Source: Octopus vulgaris (Eukaryota). Taken from it: a stretch of DNA of 64,000 nt. The DNA lies in assembly GCA_951406725.2 (NCBI GenBank), contig OX597825.1, positions 27,714,001 to 27,778,000 on the forward strand. The letters run 5' to 3'. The notes beneath the pieces are model-generated. The model ran no database searches, had not been told where the DNA came from, and saw nothing but the letters and a program-made list of their open reading frames with translations. Below are positions 43,891-59,316 of this stretch, one piece after another (the first letter of the stretch is position 1; every line of letters starts with the position of its first letter). A program made the translations under genes and the position numbers.

Positions 43891-45489
43891 ATATCGTAGA
43901 CTACGTTATAAATCTCAAATTCTGTTGTCGGTTTAGAAACAGTACACGCCCTATTTTTTAGGATGATTCCTTATTGTCTGCGTTTTGTATTTTGCGATTG
44001 CAGATATTGTTTCCTCTTTCAGTAGTAGGTAACCGACTGTTTTTTATCTGCGAGTATGAAACGGTTATTCTTATTCCAGTATTCTTATCGATGCGATTGA
44101 ATTTCTATGATTTAAGTCATCCTGTTATAAATGGTTAGCTCACACTGAATCTTGTGCTTGCTATTCTTTTACCGATTTCAACGGCCTAAACAAAATATTA
44201 CATCTAATATATTTTTGATATGTTTTCGCTTTTCTTAACCTTTCCTTAAAGCGGTTTATATTATTTCTGTATCTGTTATAATGTTCTAATTTCAAATCAT
44301 GCTTGTATTGAGATTTGTTATTACATTCCTCACAGAGAGTTTCGAAGTCGATCCCGGTGTGTTCGCATTTCAATGTGTGAGCCAAATAACTGTTTATATT
44401 CAAGCGACTATAAAAGGAGAATATTTGGTTTGAATCAGAGAGGTTTAATGAGAAATGTATTTTGAAATGAATTCAACTCTTATCTGCAATACTTATAACA
44501 TATTAGGTTTCTTGCTCGGGAACTTACATGTTTGTTTTTCATGCGTGCTATCCTGTGCAATAAATGGTGGCAATAAACGAATGTTCTGACTTACAAAAAC
44601 AGATTATTACGATTTATGTTGAAATAGCCTTTAAGAACATTTTTAATATAACATTTATGTTTCAAATTGTTGAGAGGAACATACGATCTCCATTGTTGAA
44701 CTGAAATATGCAACACAATAAATTACAAAACTTTAGAAACAGCTAGGTCTACGCTAATGTTTGTGTGGAATGAACAGAGAGGATATATTTTACGAGGATC
44801 AAATGCAATAATATTGAAATGGTAAAAAGAAAATTTTAATTTGATTTCGTATTTAGAAACAGAACTGAATATTTTTAAACTAACATTTTAAAAGGGCACA
44901 TGTGTCAGAAAACAATATTTTCTCTTCTGTTTTATTTTACCTCAGAAGCAGGTTTATCAATATCCTGATAATTTTTATTGTTGTTACGAAAGCAGATGTT
45001 ATATCTAAAAAATGAAGACAAACACAAGAAACAAAGATTTTCATGAAATTTCATTGGATCAATTTAGAAAATTTTACCAAAATATTGTATTTTAAAGTTT
45101 ATTTCTTCTTTCTAAATTTCCTATACTTGTTTGAGATTTTTATGTATATATTTCTCTGTTTGTCTTCTGTGAAAAAACTTTCATTTCTTTTCGCACATTT
45201 TACGGAAAAAATCTTCCATTTTTTTAATAGCAATATGTATATAATAAAAGTTTGAATATCACAGAAAAATAGTTGGTAATGCTGAAATTCGATACAAATA
45301 AAAGAATTTTATATTCTTATAGAACTTTTAGAAATCGTTAAAACGAATTTGAACAAAAACAATTATATAGATTACCTTTTGTTTAAATGATATTCAAATT
45401 GCGAAATATTATAACTATCAATGAACGAGACAAAAGATTTATGTCTGGTTCGATACCAGAGCACGGCAAGAATTGGTCTCTCTCATGGC

Positions 45490-45705
45490 TATAGTTCTGT
45501 ATTTCGGGATGATTTTTATTTTAATAAAAATATTTTGAGTAAGTGACTCTGGTATGGGTTTCGCGCTCCAAATAGACGTTTTCAAAAATTTCTACATGTA
45601 TGCACATAAGAAAATATACACAAAAAGGAAAACTTTATATTTCTTTATTCAAAAAGGAAACCTAAAACCAAAAAATTGAAAAGCATGCGTAGAAGCGGAA
45701 GACGT

Positions 45706-45789
<84 letters not shown>

Positions 45790-45995
45790 CACACATGCTT
45801 TTTTTAAAATTTTCTGCGATCCTTTCCGTGTTTCTGTGTACACTTGTCAGAAAAAATATTTTCACTATTTAAGCGAACAGTAAGACGTATTTTGCAGTTT
45901 GAAAACGGTTATTTGAAGCTTGTATCACATACCAGAGTCACTCACTGTAAACATTGCTATTAAAATAAAAATTATTGCAGAAAAACCAGCTCTAT
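45490..45995. mobile_element. Degenerate MITE with ~100-bp imperfect TIRs around a (TTC)n(TTA)n tract
   Basis: gatttttattttaata..agtgactctggtatg..aaatagacgttttcaaa vs tttgaaaacggttattt..cataccagagtcact..tattaaaataaaaat. Confidence 0.6.
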
Positions 45996-46285
45996 TCGTT
46001 TTTTTCAAATATATAATAATGTACAAAGAATTTTCTTTTTCTTATTATATATAAATATTATATTTATAACATGCGCGAGATGTGCGCGCGTGCATCTGTG
46101 ATGCAATTTTATGCATACATGAATGGGCAATATACACAATAGGACAGGTACCAGTCAATCACATCGATCCCGAAAGGATGGAAACTTGCGTTCGTGCGGA
46201 TTTGAAATCACAAAATAAAGGGACGGAATAAATACCACAAAGTATATTGTCCGATGCCAGAATATTTCTACCAGCTCACCGCCTC

Positions 46286-46354
46286 AATAATATTAATATT
46301 AATAATGATAATAATAAAAATATTAATGATAGTGATAATATTAAAATTAATATT

Positions 46355-46422
<68 letters not shown>

Positions 46423-46445
46423 TGATGATGATGATGATGATGATG

Positions 46446-46481
<36 letters not shown>

Positions 46482-46523
46482 GCAATAACAACAAAAATAA
46501 TAATAATAATAATAATAATTATA

Positions 46524-46562
<39 letters not shown>

Positions 46563-46880
46563 ACATGAAGAAGAAGAAGAAGAAGAAGAAGAAGAAGAAG
46601 AAAAAGAGGACGAGGAGGAAGAACAAGAAGAAGAACAAGAAGAAGAAGGGGAGGGGAAGAAGAAGAAGAAGCAGAAAAAGAAGAAGAAGAAGAAAAAGAA
46701 GAAGAAGAAGAAGAAGAAGAAGCAGAAAAAGAAGAACAGAAGAAGAAGAAGAAGAAGAAGAAGAAGAAGAAGAAGAAGAAGAAGAAGAAGAAGAAGAAGA
46801 AGAAGAAGAAGAAGAAGAAGAAGAAGAAGAAGAAGAAGAAGAAGAAGAAGAAGAAGAAGAAGAAGAAGAAGAAGAAGAAT
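46286..46880. repeat. Compound microsatellite (AAT)n-(GAT)n-(AAT)n-(TAT)n-(GAA)n
   Basis: Directly visible. It is preceded by a degraded SINE-B (minus strand, ~46145-46285). Confidence 0.95.
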
Positions 46881-47493
46881 TGCCCAACAAAGAAATCAAC
46901 ATATTTTTTAAACGGTAAAAAAATATTGTATGAAATCGTTTATAGCATTAATATGAATTAGAAAAATAAAGTAAAGTTTCAAACAATTAGTAGCAAGATG
47001 GATGCTTCTAAATATTTCTTTATTGCAAAGTACAAATAGCATTACTCATACCAGCATCATAGTCATTATCATCATCATCAAAAACGGTTTATCAAAATAG
47101 GATAATAATAACTATCGTTAACAAATTGTATAGAAATAATATTCAACCACTAAACATTCAAGAATAACATAGCACCCCCCTCTACAAAAAAAGGAACAAA
47201 ACATACATAACATCGACACCAACAAAAGTTGAGGCAGCTGCAGCGCCTTCAAATTCAAGAAGGGGCTGAAGCTCATTAAAGTTGTTTTTAAGAATTGGAA
47301 AGCAGTTTCACATACCCATTTTATAATTACTTTAACCTTTCCCATAGAATTCTTTAGAAGGGCAAATTTCTAAACGCTATACGCTTTGATATTAAGGATA
47401 AGTGGCTATAAAAGTTCCAAATCTATTTTGGTAAAGAAGCTGTTATAAGGTAGCAAATTGAATTACCTATCCTTCAGGATATATACATACAAA

Positions 47494-47569
<76 letters not shown>

Positions 47570-47831
47570 TATATATGCATGCGTATATGTTTATATTTGT
47601 ATGTACGTTTATAAACATATAAATCTATATATATGAATATGTATGTATATGCTTATATGTATGTTGTATATAATTGTATAGATAGATAAATAGACAGACA
47701 GACAGAAATTTAGATAGATACTTAGATTTATAGATATATAACTATACATGAATATATAATGTTTGAGTTTGTATGTTTATATGAAAAATCGTTTTCTTCT
47801 AAGCATGAAAAAAGGATACAAAAAAATATAC

Positions 47832-47893
<62 letters not shown>

Positions 47894-48548
47894 CTATTTC
47901 ACAATGAAAATAACATAATCATACTTCAAATAATACTATACGAGTTTCCACCTGTATATCAGGTGCAACAGCATGTATTCGAAACGCACACATATTATAA
48001 TTATTGTTATTGTTATTACTGTTGTTGCTGTTGGTGTTATTGATAGGGATAAGGGCGGCAGTGATGATTCTGATAATAGTGGTGGTTGTGTTGTTGGTGG
48101 TCTTATTCTTGTTGTTCTTGTTATTAACATCATTGTTATTGTAATTGCTGTTGTTTTTGCTTTTTGCTGATGTCTTGTAGTTATTGGGTTGATAATGTTT
48201 TTCTTATAACTATTAGTACTATTGAAATGAGCTCTGATGATATCGATAGGTATTGAATCTAATTTATTTTAACTAATTTCTTTCCACACCTTTTTTGCAT
48301 TAAAAACTTTTAATGATGTCTATATGAAGAAAGAAAAAGAAAATTATTGTGAATAAAATATTTAAAAGTAATTAAAATGTCTTTCAAATTTATATGATTG
48401 TATATGTGTATGGGATGTGGCAAGTTATATTTGTATGTATGTATATATATATATATTTATGTATATGAACATATGTAGGCATATATATATATATATATAT
48501 ATGTACGTATTTGTATATATGTATATAAATATATATGTGTATATATGC

Positions 48549-48592
<44 letters not shown>

Positions 48593-48754
48593 CCATGCAC
48601 GCGTGCATTTATATATATGTTGATTGAAATCTGGAAATAGAACTTGCGTTGATATAGCTACATACTTTTAATGCCACGTTATATGCATTGTTAATTATGC
48701 ATTTTGCACTTCAAGACACTCTCGAAAGATAGAAAAAGTTTCAAATGCAGAAGG

Positions 48755-48867
<113 letters not shown>

Positions 48868-49067
48868 TCATACACATGGACATACATATTAATTCATAGA
48901 AGGCACCTTATGACTGCAATTATATATTATATATAAGATAGTTTTTCACAGATAAGTGGCAAATAAACTTAGATTACGTTTCGTTTTCCTTTTTGAGATG
49001 CGAATAAACTTTCTCAGTAGAGACGTTTATCACAGCCAAGAGTTTGTACTTAAACGCGGACACACAC

Positions 49068-49119
<52 letters not shown>

Positions 49120-49418
49120 GCGGACACTCGTAAGTACAAGCATTATAAGATTCATGTGCGCATTTCCTTCTCTAACGCACATATTCAAATATATCACTAT
49201 ATATATATATATATAGAAACATGTGTGTGTGGTTGTGGATATATAAATATATATGTTTATATATATATATGGATATTCACACATACGCGCATATATATAT
49301 ATATATCTGTGTGTGTGTATATACATAAACGCACGTCTGCGTATGTATGTGTGTGGTATATAAGTACTTGCATGCACAGATACTTATATACATCTATACA
49401 TTCATCTCTATATGTATG

Positions 49419-49484
<66 letters not shown>

Positions 49485-50739
49485 TATATTTATGATATGT
49501 ATACTTTGTACCAAAATAAATATTTCACGGCACGATGCAATATTTTTCATAGAAACATCTTAAAGGAACCTGTTTTGAATATGTTCATATCTAACAACGT
49601 CTTCCACAGTGTGCATCATTACATGGGTTTTGATTATTACCGAGTAAATTGGATACCAAAACACATTTTACTTTGTCTTCTATGAAAATGTTTCGATACT
49701 TTGTTCGAGTCTTTGCAGTCTTTCGGGACAAATAAAATCGCCGCATATTCTCGGTTATTTCACACCACTAGAATTTATTCATGTAATCCTAGAACAGTCC
49801 CCTTCTTTTTGAAAACTGCTCCATGTGGGATACACTCCCTTTCGTCTGAAGTTAGTTGAAAGCGATTACATGTTGAAATATTTGCATCTAATCTAATTTC
49901 TCTTTAACAACAAATACAATACATTTCTGCGGATTTATTCTGTTGCCGTCGTTTCATCTCTTCATTCTGCTCTACACATGTAGTTTATTTCATTTGATTT
50001 TTAATTATTTTAAGTGTTCGTTCATTATACAGTGGAATGTATATAACACGGGCAAGACAAATATAAGATATGTATAGATATATTTCTTGTTCAGTAAATT
50101 TCGAAGTTTCACCGTTAACTGTTGGTTTACGAATATCATCTTACAAATATCATCAGGTTTTCACTCAAAGGTACACAGTGGTATATCATATTATTCAGTG
50201 CCTAATTATTGAGTTATTTTAGCTTGTAATGTACAAGGAAATAAATACTTGTATTAATACACGGCTCAGGGTAAATGGGCCCGAATAGAAATGGTTGGAA
50301 TGAAAGGAAAATGGCATAGTCTTGATTCTTGTAAGAGGGGTTGGTTGTATTGGTTGTAGTTAGTGTTACATCAGTGAAATTCCTAAAGAGGTATGTGGTT
50401 AGATGTTGCACAGACGGAATTATATGATTTGTTTTACTGACGAAATGGAGCCAGCAAAATAATTATGAATATATCTACAAAAGAGATTTCTAACCACATT
50501 CAGCGATTCTAAACCATTGCATCATACATAACACTACCAAGCAACAATACTGCTTACGCAACCTGCGATCGAATTCTTCTTTTCCTTTCCGTGCAGCAGT
50601 ATGTGTTTGATAGAATATCCAACGAAAACAGCTGTTCAGTATATAAAATCTATATCCGTGTATGTGTATATATGTGTGTGTGTGTATGAGTGTGTGAGTG
50701 TGTACGTCCCTGCGCGCGTGTGTATGTGTGTTTGTGTGT

Positions 50740-50950
50740 ATCTGAGTTTCTCCCCCGCTACTATAGCTTGACATTCGGTGTTGGTGTGTATGTGTCACCG
50801 TAACTTAGCGGTTCAACCAGAGATTTATTGAATAAGTAATAGAGTTACACAAAGAATACGTCCTGGGATGATTTCTTCGACTAAAGGCAGTGCTCCAGCA
50901 TAGCCACAGTCAGATGACTGAAAAAGATAAAAAGATAAAATGTAAAAGAA
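50740..50950 (+). mobile_element. SINE family A, 3' half
   Basis: ...cgactaaaggcagtgctccagcatagccacagtcagatgactgaaaaagataaaaag. Confidence 0.8.
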
Positions 50951-51365
50951 TATATTATATACATATATATAAACAGAAAGTAAGTGTATTTATTTATTTA
51001 CAAGTATATATATAATCTTCGAATTTTCTCAAAGAAATTACTGCAAATACCAAGTTAACTCTAAAATCGTCACGTTTAACAATTTCTATCACGCACCGAA
51101 GATTCAATCTTTGTGTCTCCCAGAGTCGTCCAAGTCTTGCACATAACTGTCTAGATGTAATGACTACAGAACTATCACATTTAATTTAATTTCTTTGGAA
51201 ATATTCGAGGACCATTTCTACCATCGTATAAATAAACTTAGAGACTAAATCTCCATTACTCCCAACTTACTTTTCATTCATATTAATAATATCAAGAGCA
51301 TTTTATTCCTACTACACACACATTCACACGACTCACAAACACATGTACATTCCCAAATATACATA

Positions 51366-51426
<61 letters not shown>

Positions 51427-51460
51427 CATACATACATACATACATACATACATACATACA

Positions 51461-51491
<31 letters not shown>

Positions 51492-51521
51492 GTATATGCA
51501 TATGCACACGTATATAATAGA

Positions 51522-51570
<49 letters not shown>

Positions 51571-52949
51571 AATTCAGTATAGGAAAAAACTTCGAAAATT
51601 TTTTTTTTCTAGCGCAAACAATCTATATCGACCTCTCAGTATCCACTTGACTCTCTAGAATAGAAAGCATGAATTATTCATGCTGAGATCTTCAGGAAAT
51701 AATTCTATAAATGAGATATGGCAGCTGTATAGATCAGTAACTCATTATTAAAACATTGATTGGAAAATTTGTATTATCACACCAATGATTATATCTAAAG
51801 ATTCTGTTCGTATGATTTTGATTCACAACTCTGCAGACAAGTATTCATGCTTTCAATTAATGATAACTTTATCAAAAATATAGCTCTTTTTGTCAATGAA
51901 TCTGGCATTATATAGCTTTATTTTTACTTTACTGTTTTCACTAACAAGTCACCGATGACTATGATTTTGATTTGCTTCTACGACGTTCATTTTAATTTTA
52001 TCTGATAATTTCGCAGCAGGTTGACTCTTATCTAAAGTTACATATTACAATCTATTGCAATCTATCTTCCTCGCTAGTTAATACGGTGAAAATTAACGAT
52101 GTCCAGATGTAATATAGGAATGCAACATTCAATCTCATTTCAGTTATGTTGCGTTACATACACTGTGTTCTGATGACCTCTTGAAGTATTTAATACAAGA
52201 ATTTATTTTTCGTGGCACAACATATTATTATGAAGCAGACAAATTTTAATGCGTGGCTCACATTTTACACATTGGTAAAGAAAAACAATATTATAACTTA
52301 CTTCGCTTTATATTTGACTTTTCTCAATCTTTAGAATTTTTTACAAGGAAGAAATAAAGTTGGAAAAACTCGCCCTTCTGAAGAAAAACAAATAATCTTT
52401 GGCAGTGTAGACCATCTTGAAACCTTTTCGTGATACGCTGTTTCCAAGCCCATAAATTTGAAGCATGTTTGAAAACCTAGAAATACACAGAATCAACGCC
52501 GTAAGAAAATGGATAATCTGCTTCACATCATCTCTGACAAATAAGTATCATTACAGTCATATAAAATTAAACTGGCTTCAACAATGATGTGTCTATAGAA
52601 TTTCATTCACAAAGATTGTGATATCTTGAGGTTATGGCAGAAAACACTTCTCGTATAAGTCATATAGAAGAATAGAACTAGGATAAGATTATCGCAAAGC
52701 AAACTTCTTAAACATTCATACAAACTAAAATATATAACTGAAAACAATACTACATTTTCAGAAGCCACAATTCTGCAAGTACGATGAATATAATTTGGTG
52801 TATGTTAAAATACTTTAAATATATTAAACTTCATTTGGCTTCTAGATAAGGTGGTACTGTACTGAATAGTTTCTTGATTGGAATGTCTGATTGAGCATTG
52901 AACAGTACTTTAAAGACCGAGTGGTTTATTCTTCAATAAACCAAACACA

Positions 52950-53056
52950 CATGGATATTATTTGCTCAAGACTACAACGTACACCCCGTCCGGGAGTTGA
53001 ACTCATGATCTTGCGATTATCACTGCAACACCATCAATACGAGGTCACGTGGCCTT
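52950..53056 (-). mobile_element. Degraded tRNA-derived SINE head
   Basis: Reverse complement has gatcatgagttcaactcccggacgggg...cttgagcaa, a B box followed by a CORE-like segment. Confidence 0.5.
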
Positions 53057-53279
53057 ATATATATTTATATATACATGGATACTTTATCAATAACTGGTAG
53101 CAAGTTAGAGTTTCAACATTGGCATGTGACAAAATATTGAGTTGGATGTTAATTGATATATTGTTTGTATAAAGTATGTTCTTATTTGTCTATTTTGTAA
53201 TGTGTGTGTGTGCATGTGGGTATATCCACACACTTATGTGCTCTCCACTTGGAGTCGACGTCCATAAGTGATGTGGCAT

Positions 53280-53329
<50 letters not shown>

Positions 53330-53863
53330 AGAGAAAGAGAGATATATGTGTAGATGAATGGAAGTTTGAATGAGTGGTATGCATTCAGATTCACTTTCAA
53401 TTATTTTATTCATTTCACATCGTTTATATTTATATTGCCCACTTCGCATCCGCTATGAAAGCAAACGTGTGCTAACAACTAAGTACCAATACCGCCCTTT
53501 CCGACTGTAAACCTAATCCTTGTTGAAGCCCTCAGTTATAATACTCTACAATGTTAAATTATCCATGAATCCTTATCGATGCATTTATTACAGCATTTTG
53601 TTTGAAATGTCGTTACGCCTCCTTCTTCACGGCAATTGTTACTTTTGAGGTAACTCTGATCCTGAAGTAGATATTGTTCCACTGCGCGCAGTCATTAATG
53701 TCCATTGTTGGGATTGACATGTGTCGCAATTTCGCAAGGTATTAAATAGAGTTTTAATTACGAATAAATCGAACGTTGCTTCTGCGACTGCTCGTTTACG
53801 TGTTAGTCATTGGACATCATGAAACGATGGCACCATTTTATATGGCTACATGTGATATATATG

Positions 53864-54291
<428 letters not shown>

Positions 54292-54535
54292 TATACATAT
54301 ATGTATATATATACACATATATATATGTATATATATATATATATATATATACATATATGTATGTATGTATTTATACATGCATATATACATTTATAAAACA
54401 TATTATTACGACTTTCTTTATTCAAAATCCTATAAACTTTTAGACTGATATAAAATAAATTAAAAAATAGGTTTTCAAACTGTAATTTTTTATTTGCTTA
54501 TATATATATATATTGTTCAATTATATATATAACAA

Positions 54536-54585
<50 letters not shown>

Positions 54586-54969
54586 GTTCTTGCTGTTTTT
54601 GTAGTTGTTTGTTGCATGCAATAACGAAACTGCTGAAGATAACTATACCTAAGAATACGAGTAGTGAGAAACCTACTCTGACTGAAGGAGTTCATGATAA
54701 GAAGTTACATAGACACATTTGTTCTGTATTGTTCGAATTATCGAAAGGTCTAAGGCTAATAAAACGACAGAAATATATAACAGGATTTTAAATATTTCTA
54801 ATGATATACGATCTTAAGGAACAGCTTAGCCATGAATTTACAATTCATCTAGGGTAAGTAATTCTTATTAATTTCATATGTAAGCCTTTTCTGTACCGCG
54901 TTGAGCAAGTTGGTAGTATGAGATCCATTATATAGGCGTATGATGCTCTCTCTCTCTCTCTCTCTCTCA

Positions 54970-55020
<51 letters not shown>

Positions 55021-55081
55021 GTTTCTGTATATATATATATATATAAAATTAAAAAATTTGTATATATATATATATATATGA

Positions 55082-55371
55082 ATATTGTGTTGTGTCTGGG
55101 GAGAGTCATTCTCTTTTAGAGCCTTATTATTTAACACACTCACCGGTACAATTTCAATAGTCTTGACTCTTGAGTCAAGACTATTGAAAAGGTTGCAAGA
55201 CGCAACGAAAATTTTAGAAAATAAAAATAAGAAATAAGTGGAAATGTTTACCGGTGAGTGTGTTAAATAATAAGGCACTAAAAGAGAGTGACTCTTCCCA
55301 GACACAACAGAATATACTTCAACACACGAACTCATATAAAGAATCTTGCAAACCAAATCCCCAAACGAAAT
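55082..55371 (+). mobile_element. Palindromic fold-back element (left arm internally deleted) with one-sided tail in (TA)n
   Basis: Outer arms 55082-55148 / 55249-55315. Inner perfect 18-bp arms 55152-55169 / 55172-55189. Tail 55316-55371 ends aaatccccaaacgaaa. Confidence 0.85.
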
Positions 55372-55974
55372 ATATATGAATATATATATACATGTATAAA
55401 TGCATATATATATATATATATATATATAAATATATATGTGGTGTGTTGCTAGTGTGTGTGTGTGTATGTGTGCGTGTGTGCGCGCGCGCGTGTGTGTATG
55501 TGTGCGTGTGCGCGGGCGCGCGCGTGTGTGTGTGAGTGTGTGTGTGTGCGTGTGTGTGTGTTGTTACATCGGGATGAATGAATGGAAGAAAATAACAATA
55601 CAATGCTTTCGTTGAAATTTCTTTTATTCAAGTATATGTAGGAACTATTGTTTGTGAATAAAACGGTTCCCCCAGTTTCAAAATTTTTCATGCACCAGAA
55701 TATAAAATTGGACCACAATAATAATTACGAAATAAATTAAGAATATTTCAGTTGTTACGTAATCATATTCTTTATCTGACAGCTGTTTAGTATTCAAGAC
55801 ACAATGCAGCCAGGGCAGACTGAAAGGGCAGCATAGAGCTTCATCAGAGAATTAAAGGAAGCATGCGCGCACACACATTTATGTATACATCTAAGCGTAT
55901 ATAAGTATATATATATATATATATATTGGGGCATTCTTGTATATATCCATATATATGTATTTACGCTTACATTT

Positions 55975-56262
55975 GTGGAGGCACATGGCCTAATGGATAG
56001 AGCAGCGGACTCGCGGTCGAAGGCTCGTGGGTTCAAATCTCAAACCGGGCGATGTGTGTGTTTATGAGCGAAACACCTAAGCTCCACGCGACTCCGGCAG
56101 AAGGTAATTGCGAACTTCTGTTGACTCTTTCGCCACAACTTTCTCTCACTCTTTCCTCCTTCATCTTGCAGCTCACCTGCATCCTGTGCAGGAGAGGAAC
56201 CTATACGCCATGAAACCAGGAAACCGGCCTTATGAGCCACGTATGGATGGAAAAGGAACAAA
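55975..56262 (+). mobile_element. SINE with a family C head and a different 3' half; 9-bp TSD
   Basis: Head matches 34798-34930. Tail is gaaaccaggaaaccggccttatgagcc. TSD cttacattt at 55966-55974 and 56263-56271. Confidence 0.85.
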
Positions 56263-57797
56263 CTTACATTTACGTATGTGCATGTGTATATGTATTATTT
56301 TTGGTGGTGGGGAACTGCATAATTATAATTATATAATTATAAACTTATTTTATTGTTACACAATACTCATCAAAATAAAAATAGTGATGGATATTTTGAA
56401 ATAACTGTTATTTTTGCTTTCTATTTCTTTAAATGTATTTTCCTTTGTGTGTGCTCTATTCCTCATATGTGCAACGTTTTTCAAAGATATACATTTTATA
56501 TATGGATTCGAAGAATTTACAGAGTTGTACTATATTAAGCCTTCATAGATCCGGTTATTTGTCGTGCTTATGCAGCATGTCATACATTTGAGTACTTGTT
56601 CCCGTTGGGTGGAGCTCTTTCAAAAACTAAACAATATTATGCGTGTGAGAATGTGTATGTGTGTGAGTGTCTATAAGTGTGAAAGTACATAACTTAAGAT
56701 CTGTATCATTTTAATTGTATATTCCGAAGGAAACTATTTCTAGCCGTAAATGACCTTTTACTTATTTCTTTTTTAATCCTCGTGAATATTCTTACCAGTG
56801 ATAGTTTGGATTTATTTTATTCTCTAGATGTTGCCAATATTATCTCAGATATTCTCTCGTCATCTTGGCAAACATATGAATATTTCACCATCACTAACAT
56901 ATGTTAGATGAAAAAAATAATAAAAACAGTGCAAAATATAGAAATATACATAAATAAAAGGCACCGACGACAGAAAAGGAAAAAAAAAATTAATGTTAGT
57001 GGCTGTAGTGGTTGGATATATGAAACTATTCAAAGAAGAAAATATGAAAAGATAAATAGTGGAAGACCGAACAACGGAAAAAGAAAAAAATGAAAGAATG
57101 AAGAAAGATGGTGAAGAAAGAAAAGAGGCAGAAAGAACGGATGAAAATGAACAGATGAAAGGAATAACGATGGAATTGAAATAAGCATATGCCGAATAAA
57201 TTTGATGAAACTAGGGAGTTCATATTGCTTCCAGTAACATGGCATACGCCAGAACAAAAGGAATAAAAATTGGTATCGATAGAGCTCGGATTGAATCATA
57301 AAAACTACTTGTTATTCTAGAAATCTAGTTTGATGCCAGGCGAATTATCAACAGAAAGAAAAGAAAGATGTCTGCAAGAAGTAGTGATCATTTGCTAATG
57401 TTATGTTACTCGAACATGCTGTTGTACACAGAAATTAAAGTAGATACACTTCTCTTGAAAAGTTTCTTTTCATGCTTGTTTTATTTACTGTGGCCTATTT
57501 ATTACCTGAAATCAAACATTCATTGTAATATTTATACCTTTGCCATGTTATATGATATATTTACCAAAACTTTTGACCGGATTCCATGAGTCATTTTATC
57601 CTGTTCTTACGTGTCTGCCTCTGTGCGAATGTGTTGGTGTGTTTGTTGAAGACATTGTTATACAATGCATCGTTAATTAGAACGGTTTTAAATTTCCTTA
57701 TCTTCGAATTTATAGCATATTTCAATACACGGTTATTCTCCAAGAAACAATAATAATATTTGCAATTATATTTTCTCAGAATTAGACAGTACGCATT

Positions 57798-58210
57798 AAG
57801 GCGGCGAGCTTGCAGAAACGTTAGCACGCCGGGCGAAATGCGTAGCCGTATTTCGTCTGCCGTTACCTTCTGAGTTCAAATTCCGCCGAGGTCGACTTCA
57901 CCTGTCATCCTTTCGGGGTCGATAAATTAAGTACCAGCTTACGTACTGTGGTCGATCTAATCGACTTAATCCCTTTGTCTGTCCTTCTTTGTCCCCTCCA
58001 TGTTTAGCCCGTTGTGGGCAATAAAAAAAAAGAAGAATCGTTAGAATGCCGGGTAAAATGCTTCGCGGCATATAGTCCGTCTTTACGTCTAAAGCTAAAA
58101 ATCCGCAGAGTTCTACTTTGCCTTTCATCCTTTCAGGGTCAATAAATTAAGTACCAGTTGGATACTGAGGTCGATGTAATCATCTTTCCCACTACATCGA
58201 AATTGCTGGT
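57798..58210 (+). mobile_element. SINE family B followed directly by a second diverged unit
   Basis: Full unit 57798-~58030. A second unit starts at ~58033 (gaagaatcgttagaatgccggg...ctttgcctttcatcctttcagggtcaataaattaagtaccagtt). Confidence 0.85.
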
Positions 58211-58808
58211 GTTTAAAATCCATTATACTGTACTCGATTTTTACCTTAAACTTGTTCGTTTATTCCACCATTTAATTGACATCGGTTGAGCTACCATTCG
58301 TTAAGATTCTTATTAACTGAAACAGATTACCATTCTCAACGTACATTGTGTGTTCATTCTGGCAACTAAGTTCAATCTGAAAGATAAATGACATAATCTA
58401 AACTATATCTAAAACATACTGTTTGATATTCTTCATTTTAACTTGGGCTTCTTGCAATGGGTGTCTTCTTTGATGTATTTCCTGGATTTTATTTATGGAA
58501 ACATTTGAACTCCTTCTTCCATCGAAGTTTTTAAACAGCGATCGCCTTTATACATAATTACTGTTATAGTTTTGTCAAAAGCCCAGAACTACTTTCTACT
58601 CTGAATCTTTAATGACTATCAATAATATTGTTCCTTTACGTCTTCTCACTTACTTTCAAATCTTGGTCAGATCTAAGGCAAATATACATTTCAGACGCGC
58701 AAACAGGATCACATATAAATGTATACGTACAGGTATGTATATATATGTGTAAATATATGCATGTATATGTGTGTGTGTATGTATGTAGATACATATATAC
58801 ATACATAT

Positions 58809-58872
<64 letters not shown>

Positions 58873-58979
58873 GAAATTCGGGGTGAGTACTTGATAATTA
58901 TAAGCACCTGTGTATACCGTTTGGTGGTGTAGGTGGTGGAGTAAATTGATCAAAATAAAAACATGATGCCAAGGATTCA

Positions 58980-59057
58980 GCGGTACATATGTTTCGGGCC
59001 TTTATTAGACAGATTTATAACAATGCATAATGTATGTCTGTGGCCTTCTTCAGCCGC
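58980..59057 (-). ncRNA. Type I hammerhead ribozyme (minus-strand copy)
   Basis: Reverse complement of 59209-59286. Confidence 0.8.
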
Positions 59058-59208
59058 GCACAACAGCTTCCACAAGGACATGTGTTACATCAAAAATTCT
59101 TGGTTGGGGATGCAAATCCTCTCATTCGCGTACGACATAATGCGGCAACAGCATAGAGTTGAAGCGTCCATCTCTTTCTTCTCTCAGTCCTTGTGGAAGC
59201 TGTTGTGC

Positions 59209-59286
59209 GCGGCTGAAGAAGGCCACAGACATACATTATGCATTGTTATAAATCTGTCTAATAAAGGCCCGAAACATATGTACCGC
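59209..59286 (+). ncRNA. Type I hammerhead ribozyme with extended helix II
   Basis: Helix I GCGG/CCGC; CTGAAGA 59213-19; helix II GGCC..ACAGA...TCTGT..GGCC; GAAAC 59271-75; palindromic ACATATGT helix III; GUA triplet, cut predicted after 59282. Confidence 0.82.
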
Positions 59287-59316
59287 TGAATCCTTGGCAT
59301 CATGCTTTTATTTTGA

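Noticed and set aside
46247-46918. 223-aa poly-N/D/Y/K/R/E ORF, and similar ORFs at 36063-36913 and 12377-12832
   Set aside because: These are compound trinucleotide microsatellites. The 46247 ORF starts within a degraded SINE.
54628-54710. CTGAAGA...GAAAC hammerhead candidate
   Set aside because: Core words are present but helices I and III cannot be formed convincingly. It may be a decayed copy.
58963-59289. 108-aa ORF across the fold-back element
   Set aside because: A by-product of the palindromic arms, with no recognisable domain.
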